Below, piece after piece: positions 37,701 through 45,786 of a DNA stretch of 50,416 bases. Position 1 is the stretch's first letter; every line of letters starts with the position of its first letter. The notes beneath the pieces were generated by a model. The model did no database searches, had not been told where the DNA came from, and was given only the letters and a program-made list of their open reading frames with translations. The translations under genes and the position numbers were made by a program. Origin of the DNA: a virus (lineage: Duplodnaviria > Caudoviricetes); the IMG/VR virus record IMGVR_UViG_3300036822_000288, positions 1-50,416 of that record; one strand, 5' to 3'.

Positions 37701-38436
37701 CCAGTCTAATGAGCTTTTGGCGACCGCTATAGACTCGCTTCAGGGCGGTGCGTCAAACGCCATCACAGGCCTGCTTAACGGTACGCAAAGCCTTGGAGAA
37801 GCATTTGCCAATATCGGTAGCACCATTCTGAACTCAGTGGTTAGTAGCTTGGTTCAGATGGGGCTGGAGTGGGTTAAATCGCAGATCATTGGTCAAACAG
37901 CTCAGCAGGCCGCAATACTTTCCAACCAAGCTACGTCCGCTGCAGCTCTGGCATCATCAACCGCCATGGGAGCCGCCTCAGCCGCAACGCTGCTTGCAGC
38001 ATATTCACCGGCTGCAATGGCTGCTTCTATTGCCACCTCTGGCGGCGCGGCAGCTGCTGGCCTGACTGGCTACACAACGGCAATGACCGCTGCGCAAACC
38101 ATGTCTCTTGCAGGTATGCGCGAGCACGGCGGCCCCGTTAACGCCAACAGCATGTACCGTGTAGGCGAGGGCGGTAAGCCTGAAATCTTCAAGGCCAGCA
38201 ATGGCAGTCAGTACATGATTCCTGGTGATAACGGATCGGTGATCAGCAATAAAGATATTGGCGGTTCTGGCGGTGGCGGCGGCGGGATGGTGATGAATTT
38301 CAATTTCGATATTCAGACTACTGGCGGCGTCGACGAGGCGACACAGAAGCAGATGGCTCAGATGATGCAAACCGTAGCGATCCGCACCATTAAAGACCAG
38401 CAAAGGCCATCCGGATTACTCAGCAAAGGTAGATAA
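34741..38436 (+). CDS. H: Tape measure protein
   Basis: QLSQALASGVLRGEEFNSI domain; long Ala-rich helical sequence. Confidence 0.95.
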   Translation: MAGAYNAGSIVYEVDMETAKLIAARREVDAALSGMSGSMGRLEASVSKTEKSISSMEGAVSSLTGVAKGLLAALSVHQVAEWGNEWVTVNNKLVNSVRTTEQLADVTQRVFDIAQSTRSGLEATATLYGRLERSTRSAGTSTKDLITLTSTINKGLAVSGATTEEASSTMTQLSQALASGVLRGEEFNSISENGSRLAVALADSLGVTIGQLRAMAAEGKLTTEVVVNGLLKQSDVIAKEFSNTATTMSQAFTIATNNITKFVGESSTVSTGIKVFNSGIISLSQNLDTISAVLVTLTAAMGSRFAGALAMATAAKLKDTAATIASAKASEVAAKDAELEASAKLRLANVEKAATVQTLQLAEGRLATMRSTQASVAAEVQLAEAESASIRTTIAQIESEKALEAQRLRAQITDQGRVATATRMAQLQQASAALNSRLAAAEAATAEARAAAIASAEASVSAARLAAADATGVATAANGRYIASQEASVIATRAASTSLGLLRGALGLVGGPAGVAMLAGAAIFYFWQQSQQAKQEAISFADGVDRLTDSLKAMSNTSLRGTIADANTALRGQQDVVSDLKDEIAELTRKRDEAEASGKKYGTTIEQGNGLLLRAAQLTDQINQKQRDLENTESKLANTTKLRDDAQVTLSNNMLTAMGIHDKLIERGTTLERVQGAVAKAFGTTADEINRANQAGQAYNPKSLQVSPATPKGDEAILGLEQQNELLKIQDERLRAVTKAGMEQAKVTSNPNQIAAAKRLAGENFDLQQAEDARKKAASDAESQAKRSASSAESVAEKLAKLKEQSELAGESTRQLSRDQAILTAQQSLGSSATPEQVKLAGEYAAAKWDTGNAIRAQAAAEKLLPEARENASYKQDLEDLKTALSAKKITQQQADATAEQLEKQHQINIAKIRAQQAVSPAQEAVGTVDPVQQLANQNAQKLALIQQFEQQRLVTEQQGLALRNAANTEYEQQRIAAQWEIYRSQSQSNELLATAIDSLQGGASNAITGLLNGTQSLGEAFANIGSTILNSVVSSLVQMGLEWVKSQIIGQTAQQAAILSNQATSAAALASSTAMGAASAATLLAAYSPAAMAASIATSGGAAAAGLTGYTTAMTAAQTMSLAGMREHGGPVNANSMYRVGEGGKPEIFKASNGSQYMIPGDNGSVISNKDIGGSGGGGGGMVMNFNFDIQTTGGVDEATQKQMAQMMQTVAIRTIKDQQRPSGLLSKGR

Positions 38437-38440
38437 ATCC

Positions 38441-38794
38441 ATGCCAGAAACTTTCACATGGAGCCCGCAATCGGGCTTCACGGGCGAGCGTACGCCTGAT
38501 GTAGCCGTCGTGAAGTTAGGTGATGGCTACGAACAGCGCCAGGTGAAGGGTATCAACCCACTGATGGGGAAATATCCGCTCACCTTCATTGGCTACGACG
38601 ATTCCAAATGTGGGCGGGTAAACGTGGCGAAAGCGGTGGATGCCTTCCTGACTGCGCGAATGTCTGTTGAGTCGTTCTACTGGACGCCACCAGATACCGG
38701 CGTTCAGGCGCTGTATGTGTGCCGCTCCTGGTCGATGCAGAAGACCAAGGGGGTTTACACGTTAACCGGAACTTTCGAACAAGTACCCCGATAA
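38441..38794 (+). CDS. M: Minor tail protein M
   Basis: ETFTW...LGDGYEQR...SFYWTPP...FEQV. Confidence 0.9.
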   Translation: MPETFTWSPQSGFTGERTPDVAVVKLGDGYEQRQVKGINPLMGKYPLTFIGYDDSKCGRVNVAKAVDAFLTARMSVESFYWTPPDTGVQALYVCRSWSMQKTKGVYTLTGTFEQVPR

Positions 38795-38809
38795 CTGAGG
38801 AGTAATATC

Positions 38810-39028
38810 ATGACTTTAGAACAACGAGTAGAAGCGTTAGAAAAGGCGGTGGCTAAACTGACATTGCCTAGTGAAACAGCCGAAGAACTGGCTAAGGTGA
38901 TGCGTGATGTTGCGAAAGAGACGATTAAGAATGCGCGTCGGCCTGGTGGTGTGTTGCATAAGCTGGATGAAAAAGCGGCTCATGCTAACGCCGCTTACAA
39001 TGTCAGCTTAGGAATTAATTGCCGCTAA
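38810..39028 (+). CDS. 72-aa protein resembling the TMP C-terminus
   Basis: GAGGAG RBS; 13/29 ungapped identities to the last helix of the TMP. Confidence 0.8.
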   Translation: MTLEQRVEALEKAVAKLTLPSETAEELAKVMRDVAKETIKNARRPGGVLHKLDEKAAHANAAYNVSLGINCR

Positions 39029-39233
39029 TATTTGAAAGATTTTTAGCCCATTCCTGAATGGGAGCATTAGGAATGGTATTCAATTCCTTTACCAACTGCG
39101 CGCGCGAACCCTCATCGAGTTTTAAGGCGATAGCCAGCAAAATTGCTTTCATATCATTCAGTTCAGCCTGAATTTCAGACTCGCTACCAGCTTTGGAATG
39201 AAATTCGAAAGTAGAGTGTTTTTCTTGAATCAT
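39015..39233 (-). CDS. 72-aa antisense helical moron protein
   Basis: AAGGA RBS, structured leader, converges on 38810-39028. Confidence 0.8.
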   Translation of the reverse strand: MIQEKHSTFEFHSKAGSESEIQAELNDMKAILLAIALKLDEGSRAQLVKELNTIPNAPIQEWAKNLSNISGN

Positions 39234-39408
39234 TTTATTCCTTTAACCAGAGGTAATCAGCCATCCCTCATTGTTGTTTGCGTCCATGCCCCAAACATGG
39301 ACGGGCTGAATACTCAACATATCCTTATCAGTAAATCAGCAACATCCTGATATTCGATCAGTAATCATCTGACGGCTGCCGCATGGCGGCCTTTTTTATG
39401 GGCGCAAT

Positions 39409-40113
39409 ATGCGAGACATACCAGCAGAACTAATCATCGAGAGTGTTGATGCCGGTGTCGGCGCAATGCTCGACCTGTATGAAGTCGACCTGCAATCGTT
39501 CGGCGGCGATGTGATCCGCTTCCACGCTGGCACCAATGGCTATTACAACGATGTCATCTGGCAGGGGCGCGCTTATTCGGCCTATCCGATCGCCGTTGAA
39601 GGCTTCGAGGTCAAATCGGAGGGAACGTATTCGCGTCCGACGATGAAGGTAGCGAACATTACCGGCCTGATTACCGGCATCAACCACGATTTCGATGATG
39701 CGCTGGGAGCCGTGGTGACGCGCCGGCAGGTGCTGGTTAAGCATCTGGACGCCGTGAACTTCCCGAACGGTAATGCAGATGCGGATCCGACAATGGAGGC
39801 AGTTTCCCGCTACGTCATCGAAGAGATGGCAGAAGAGACGTTCGAGACTGTTACCTACAACCTAGCCACGCCAGTGGACTGTGATAACGCCATTATTCCG
39901 GCGCGCACCATTCTGGCTGACGTGTGCCAGTGGGTGTATCGCGGAGATGGCTGCGGCTATTCCGGCGGCGCTGTTGCCGATGAGAAGGATAACCCAACGT
40001 CTGACCTGTCACGCGATAAGTGCTCTAAGCACCGCAGCGGCTGTCGGATGCGATTCGTTAAACCCTCCGCGCTGCCATACGGCGGCTATCCCGGCTCTGC
40101 CAAGGTGTCCTGA
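39409..40113 (+). CDS. L: Minor tail protein L
   Basis: WQGRAY..YPI..EGFE; CQWVYRGDGCGY...DKCSK...GC. Confidence 0.93.
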   Translation: MRDIPAELIIESVDAGVGAMLDLYEVDLQSFGGDVIRFHAGTNGYYNDVIWQGRAYSAYPIAVEGFEVKSEGTYSRPTMKVANITGLITGINHDFDDALGAVVTRRQVLVKHLDAVNFPNGNADADPTMEAVSRYVIEEMAEETFETVTYNLATPVDCDNAIIPARTILADVCQWVYRGDGCGYSGGAVADEKDNPTSDLSRDKCSKHRSGCRMRFVKPSALPYGGYPGSAKVS

Positions 40114-40838
40114 TGATTGAATCTGAGTGCCTGGCTTATGCCGCCTCATCAGGCGACGAAGTGTGTGGACTAATTATCGATGGCGATCGCCTGTGGCGAT
40201 GCCGCAACGCGCATCCCGATCCGGCGCGAAACTTCCGGATTGACCACAGAGACTGGCTTGAAGCAGAAGCGGCGGGAGAAATCACCGCCGTTTTTCATTC
40301 TCACCCTGAGCCAAAACTGGTGCTCTCCGGCGCTGACCGGGCTGCGCAGCTGGCCACCGGGATTGACTGGTGGCTGGCCAGCGGCGGGCGGCTGCGCAAA
40401 TTCCTCCCGGTACCGCATTTGCTTGGGCGGAGATTCGTGCACGGCGAAACGGACTGCTACACGCTGTTTCGCGATGCATATCACCTCTGCGGAATTGATC
40501 TGCCGGACTTCGAGCGAACCAACGGTTGGTGGGTGCGCGGTGAAAATCTCTACCTGAAAAACATCGCGTCAAACGGATTCCATGAAGTTGGCTTCGACGC
40601 CATTCAGCCAGGCGATGTAATCATCCGCCGCGCATTCCCAGAGTGTGACCCGTGCCACGCGATGATCTGGCTGGGCGAAAACACCATTCTGCACCACGAA
40701 GTGCAAGGCAGGCTGAGCCGCCGCGAGCCGCTGCGACAGATTCACGTCCCTCTCATTCACTCCATCTGGAGACACGAACAATGCTCACTTTTGGATTTGC
40801 GGGGAATTTACGACGACATTTCCGCCAGATCACAATGA
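40113..40838 (+). CDS. K: Tail protein K (JAB + NlpC/P60)
   Basis: EVCG, HSHP, LSGAD, DCYTL, ILHH. Confidence 0.93.
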   Translation: MIESECLAYAASSGDEVCGLIIDGDRLWRCRNAHPDPARNFRIDHRDWLEAEAAGEITAVFHSHPEPKLVLSGADRAAQLATGIDWWLASGGRLRKFLPVPHLLGRRFVHGETDCYTLFRDAYHLCGIDLPDFERTNGWWVRGENLYLKNIASNGFHEVGFDAIQPGDVIIRRAFPECDPCHAMIWLGENTILHHEVQGRLSRREPLRQIHVPLIHSIWRHEQCSLLDLRGIYDDISARSQ

Positions 40839-41305
40839 ACGTCGACACACCAGCGCAGGGGTTACGCCTTCTGCTGGCTCAGTGTCCGGCATTCAAGCGC
40901 GATTTCTATAACACCCGGATCCGCATGCGCATCGATGGCAGCGACGTCTGCGGCGACAACCTCGAATTCCACATGAACCGCCACGTTAAAGACGGTTCTC
41001 GGGTGCTGATTGTGCCGGTAGTAGAGGGCTCGATTTCAGCTGCTGTGGCCGTGTGGATCATGGTCGCCGTGACGGTCGCATCGGTCGCTTACTCGCTTTA
41101 CATGACCTCGCACATGAAAACGAGCACGTCAGCGGATCAGGACACCAATTCCATCACGAACAACTCATTCACCAGCGCGGAAAACCGCATCGGGCAGGGG
41201 CGGCCGGTGCCGCTTCTCGTTGGCGAAATGGTCGTTGGATCAAACGTTATCAGCCTGGGTATCGATACCACGAACAATCAGGACTGGAATATCTCTATCA
41301 GCTAA
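40781..41305 (+). CDS. I: Tail assembly protein I
   Basis: IVPVVEG...QGRPVPLLVGEMVVGSNVIS. Confidence 0.9.
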   Translation: MLTFGFAGNLRRHFRQITMNVDTPAQGLRLLLAQCPAFKRDFYNTRIRMRIDGSDVCGDNLEFHMNRHVKDGSRVLIVPVVEGSISAAVAVWIMVAVTVASVAYSLYMTSHMKTSTSADQDTNSITNNSFTSAENRIGQGRPVPLLVGEMVVGSNVISLGIDTTNNQDWNISIS

Positions 41306-41314
41306 GGTGACAGC

Positions 41315-44300
41315 ATGGGCTCAGGCGGCGGTGGCGGCAGCACTCCAAAACTAATTGACGACAACCTCAAATCTAAGCAATTCCTCCGCGTTCTCGACCT
41401 CATCAGTGAAGGTCCAATCTACGGACCGGTAGACCAAAGCCACCTCTCATCGTTCCTGCTGAACAAAACGCCGGTGACCGATTCATCAGGCAACGCCACT
41501 ATTAACGGCGTGAGCGTGGCATGGCGCCCGGGAACGGCAACGCAGACGCCCATCAACGGCTTCAATGCCATTGAAGCCACTACGGTGGTGAACACTGATG
41601 TCACTCAGGCGACGCCGCTTGTGCGCACGGTTACTGATACTGATGTCGATCGCGTGCGCATGAACATTGGCGTATCTGGTCTGGTTCAGCAGGACACTAA
41701 GGGAAACCAGCTGGAAACGGCTGTCACAATGGTAATCGAAACTCGCGTGGGTAACAGTGCCTGGCAGACACAGAAGACGGTAACTATCAGCGGGAAAATC
41801 TCCGGTGAATATCTCGAAGCGCACCTGTTTGATGCGCCAGAGACAAAGCCGTTTGATATCCGACTGCGCCGCGTCACCGCCGACAGCAGCAGTGACCTTC
41901 TGAACAACGGCACGGTATGGAACAGCTTTACTGAAATTACCGATGACAACCTCTCATACCCATACGCGGCCGTTGCTGGGTGCGTGGTTGACCGTGACCA
42001 GTACACCGACACGCCAACGCGCACGTACCACCTGCGCGGACTGATTGTCGACGTGCCGGATAACTACGACCCTATCGCCAGAACATATACCGGCATCTGG
42101 CTTGGTGGCTTTAAGTCAGCATGGACGAACAACCCGGCGTGGATATTCCGCGCGCTGGTGAAGAACACCCGCTATGGGCTGGCGCGCCGGGCTGGTTATG
42201 TCGACGTGGATGACGGCAGCCTGTATGTGCTTTCGCAGTTCTGCGATCAGCTGGTTGATGATGGTTACGGCGGCAAAGAGCCACGATTTACACTCAACGC
42301 CTATATCACTGAGCAGAAGAGCGCTCGCGACTTGCTGGACGACATTGCAGGCATGTTCCGCGGCATCGCGCTGTGGGACGGCATGCGCTTCTCTGTGATG
42401 CTGGATAACCCGCAAGACCCGGTTGCTTCAATCACTAACGCCAGCGTGGTGGATGGACTATTCACATACAGCTCAATGAAGCGGTCAGAGCGATATAACG
42501 CCGTGGTCGTTTCATGGACTGACCCGAACAACGGCTGGGAGCAGGTGAAGGAATACGTCTCCGACGACGAGATGATTGATCGTTACGGCTACAACGAAAC
42601 GACGATGGAGGCTTTCGGCTGTACCTCGCGTGGGCAGGCTTTCCGCACCGGAAAATGGATGCTGGAAACCGCTAAACGTGAGACGAAGAAAGTCACCTTC
42701 AAGATGGCGCGCGAAGCTATCCGCTTCATTCCCGGCGATATCGTCGAGGTGATGGATAACAACTACGCGGCAACGCGCCTCGGTGGTCGAATCATCTCTC
42801 ACGCAGCCAAAACCATCACTGTGGATGCTGACGTCTCAACGTTAGCCGGCGGTGGCGATTTGATGTCGCTGATGGGCTCGAACGGCAAGTTTGTTAAGTA
42901 TGAGATTGCCAGTGTGTCAGGGCGAGTGATAACGCTTAAGACAACGCCTGCGTGGGTGCGTGACGGTACGGTATTTGTCATCACCACCGCAGAAGTGGCG
43001 CCGCGCATGTTTCGCGTCATGGGAATCACAGAGGAGGATAACAACTCCGTTTACAGCATCTCAGCCACGCTTCACGACCCGAACAAGCAAGCCATTGTTG
43101 ATGATGGCGCCGTATTCGAAACGCCAAACGATACGCTGAATGGCTATCGCGTGCCGAACATCGAGAACCTGCGGATCATCAACACCAACACCGAAACCGT
43201 GCAGGTCACGGCGACTTGGGAAACGGCGACGCTTACCAAGAAAATCGTGTTCGAGCTGTACGTCTACAGCACTGACGGCAAGGTGGTGGCTCAGTATGAA
43301 ACCGACCAGTTCCGTTATGACTTCTACGGGCTGGATGCTGGCAGTTACACGCTGGGCGTGCGTGGTCGCAACGAAAACGGCATGAAGGGCGCTGAGACGC
43401 AGGTCAGCCTTGTGATAGGAGCGCCGGGTGCGCCAACGTTCATCCAGTGGACGCCTGGCATCTTCTCGGCCGACATCGTGCCAGTGATGAATGTCACAGC
43501 CACGACCGACACGTCATTCGAGTTTTGGTACACCGGTGAAGTGCCTGCCAGCAGCATCGGCGCAGTAGAGGATGAGGCTCAGTTCCTCGGGCGAGCATCA
43601 CAATGGACACTGCACGGGCTGAAGGCAGACCACACGTATTACATGTATGTGCGAACCAAGAATGCATTTGGAGTATCGCCGTTCGTTGAGGTGTCAGGTC
43701 AGGCTTCATCTGACATTCCAGGCATGATTGAACTGATTGACGAAGAGATCCGTAACTCTGAGGCATTTGGCAACCTGACTGAAAAAATCGATACCAACAT
43801 TGAAGGTATGTTACAGAACGCCCTGAATAACAACTCAATTGTTGATCATCAGTTTGCTATCAATGGTGAAGTGCGCGCTGACATCATCGTGGTTAAGACG
43901 ACAATTGCCACGGTGTCAGAAGCCATGGCGCAACTTGAGACTCAGGTTCAGGCTGAAATTGGCGATCTGAATGCTGCGGTAAATGAGAAGCTGACGGCGA
44001 CAGTGACGGATAACGGCACGGCCAAAGCCTCATATACGCTTAGAGTTGGAATAACGCGTAATGATGTTTATTACGGCACAGGTATGGCGATCGGAATCGA
44101 GCCATCTGGCAGCTCATATAAATCAACGATAGCTTTCAATGCGGATCAATTCGGAATCTATACCGGCAGTGATGCGGGCAATTACCAGATGGCTTTCGCA
44201 GCTGTAAACGGCCAGGTGTTTATCAGTGATGCTTTCATAAATTATGCCGGAATTACGCTGGCCAAAATTGGTTCGTGGTACTCAGCCAATTACGTGGCTG

Positions 44301-44449
44301 GCATGATGGGTACAATAATGAAATCTGACGGCTCATTCGAACTTAATGGCCCGGTATCTGGCCAAGGTAGATTTATCGTCGATAATCGTGGTGCTGCCTG
44401 GTATAACGCTAGCGGTCAGCTTGTTTGCTCAATGGGGGTTCAACGCTAA
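41315..44449 (+). CDS. J: Central tail fibre / host specificity protein J
   Basis: MGSGGGG, DLISEGPI, AWTNNPAW, FGCTSRGQA, FN3-like region. Confidence 0.95.
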   Translation: MGSGGGGGSTPKLIDDNLKSKQFLRVLDLISEGPIYGPVDQSHLSSFLLNKTPVTDSSGNATINGVSVAWRPGTATQTPINGFNAIEATTVVNTDVTQATPLVRTVTDTDVDRVRMNIGVSGLVQQDTKGNQLETAVTMVIETRVGNSAWQTQKTVTISGKISGEYLEAHLFDAPETKPFDIRLRRVTADSSSDLLNNGTVWNSFTEITDDNLSYPYAAVAGCVVDRDQYTDTPTRTYHLRGLIVDVPDNYDPIARTYTGIWLGGFKSAWTNNPAWIFRALVKNTRYGLARRAGYVDVDDGSLYVLSQFCDQLVDDGYGGKEPRFTLNAYITEQKSARDLLDDIAGMFRGIALWDGMRFSVMLDNPQDPVASITNASVVDGLFTYSSMKRSERYNAVVVSWTDPNNGWEQVKEYVSDDEMIDRYGYNETTMEAFGCTSRGQAFRTGKWMLETAKRETKKVTFKMAREAIRFIPGDIVEVMDNNYAATRLGGRIISHAAKTITVDADVSTLAGGGDLMSLMGSNGKFVKYEIASVSGRVITLKTTPAWVRDGTVFVITTAEVAPRMFRVMGITEEDNNSVYSISATLHDPNKQAIVDDGAVFETPNDTLNGYRVPNIENLRIINTNTETVQVTATWETATLTKKIVFELYVYSTDGKVVAQYETDQFRYDFYGLDAGSYTLGVRGRNENGMKGAETQVSLVIGAPGAPTFIQWTPGIFSADIVPVMNVTATTDTSFEFWYTGEVPASSIGAVEDEAQFLGRASQWTLHGLKADHTYYMYVRTKNAFGVSPFVEVSGQASSDIPGMIELIDEEIRNSEAFGNLTEKIDTNIEGMLQNALNNNSIVDHQFAINGEVRADIIVVKTTIATVSEAMAQLETQVQAEIGDLNAAVNEKLTATVTDNGTAKASYTLRVGITRNDVYYGTGMAIGIEPSGSSYKSTIAFNADQFGIYTGSDAGNYQMAFAAVNGQVFISDAFINYAGITLAKIGSWYSANYVAGMMGTIMKSDGSFELNGPVSGQGRFIVDNRGAAWYNASGQLVCSMGVQR

Positions 44450-45411
44450 TGGCTGATGGATTCACCGCATATATCAACGGAACAACTTTCGATGCCATCA
44501 ATGCGATGGCATTCAATTTTGTTGTGGATATACCATCAATATCTGGATCCGGTAGCAAAACCTACAATTATCCGGGTTTCAGTATAAGCGCGGCTATATT
44601 AGGTGGGAGAACAGCCGCAGGCGCGTCACAGATTACCTACAGCGTTTCTGTTTCAGGTCAGACTGTTTCATGGAGCGGAGTAGACATTGCCAGCAAATTG
44701 ATAGTTACGGCCACGGCAACATCAATTTCAAACTATGCAGGCTTTGTTCTAAACGATTATTCAAAAAGCCCGCCTGTATTTAAAATTGCACCGACGTTTA
44801 CGCCCTTTAACCTGGCACAGGTAGTTGATCTGACGCCAGCGGCTGGGCAGGTGTTGCAAACAAACATTCCTGCAAATCAGCCATTCGTGGCCTTCCATCG
44901 TAGTTTGGCCTCATCCGGGTTTAATCATGTATGGTGGACTGAGACCACGCAAAACGGATTCTGGGCATTAAGGTTCAGGCCATCATTCGGCAGCGCAATG
45001 ACTGCGACGAGAATTTATATCTTCTCAAAACTGATGCTGAACGTTCCTCCTGGCGGATTCTTTATGTACGACAATGGCGCAATTGTCTGGCATAACAATT
45101 GCCTGCCATTACAGATGCAAATAGGAGCAGTCACAGGCTCAAGTGTCCCGCTGGCAATTACCAGCGGGGTATCTGTCGTGGTAAGTTATCCATACGACCC
45201 TACCTTCCCAAGCACTGGTGATACAAGATACAACTGTTACAGTGCTGGGTTAACCGCATCAGGTAATTATGAAGCAAGTGGTGCTGACCTATATGCATCA
45301 GTTCCTTATAACACTCCTTCAGGATTGCCACCGTCATACTCATGCGGACCACCAGGTGTTATTCAGACAAGCGTTTATGACACATACTACAGGTTGGCTT
45401 TAGGGGTTTAG
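44449..45411 (+). CDS. Tail-tip accessory protein (putative receptor-binding)
   Basis: Coupled to J stop; beta-rich; more AT-rich than upstream tail genes. Confidence 0.7.
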   Translation: MADGFTAYINGTTFDAINAMAFNFVVDIPSISGSGSKTYNYPGFSISAAILGGRTAAGASQITYSVSVSGQTVSWSGVDIASKLIVTATATSISNYAGFVLNDYSKSPPVFKIAPTFTPFNLAQVVDLTPAAGQVLQTNIPANQPFVAFHRSLASSGFNHVWWTETTQNGFWALRFRPSFGSAMTATRIYIFSKLMLNVPPGGFFMYDNGAIVWHNNCLPLQMQIGAVTGSSVPLAITSGVSVVVSYPYDPTFPSTGDTRYNCYSAGLTASGNYEASGADLYASVPYNTPSGLPPSYSCGPPGVIQTSVYDTYYRLALGV

Positions 45412-45624
45412 CTTGTCGCATTCTGAAGTGTCGACGAACTGTGATTTATCCGCCCATGTGTGGAATGGATTTCCGGCAAGGTATTTACCATTCTCAATTT
45501 TGAATACAGCGACGTCATATACGCTATTGGTGATTTTTGCTTTGTTATAGCAGATCGGCGGCGTATTAGATGCGCAGCCAGACAAAGCCAATAATGCGAC
45601 AGAGATAAGTAGTGCCTTTTTCAT
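45400..45624 (-). CDS. cor: Cor-like superinfection exclusion lipoprotein
   Basis: Lipobox LSGC; PIC...YLAGNPF..W...F..T..C resembles phi80 Cor; position after J module. Confidence 0.72.
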   Translation of the reverse strand: MKKALLISVALLALSGCASNTPPICYNKAKITNSVYDVAVFKIENGKYLAGNPFHTWADKSQFVDTSECDKLNP

Positions 45625-45786
45625 GATTTATTCCTTTGTTTATTTATAGACAGCATGAAATCACCTCAACCATTTCGATTGAAGTGAATGATTTAGATCA
45701 TATCGATCTGGTTATTTACTTGTTGGGATTGGAAATAATTGAACAGCCCGGCCATTGCGCAGGGTTTTTATTGCCCGGAGAAAACT

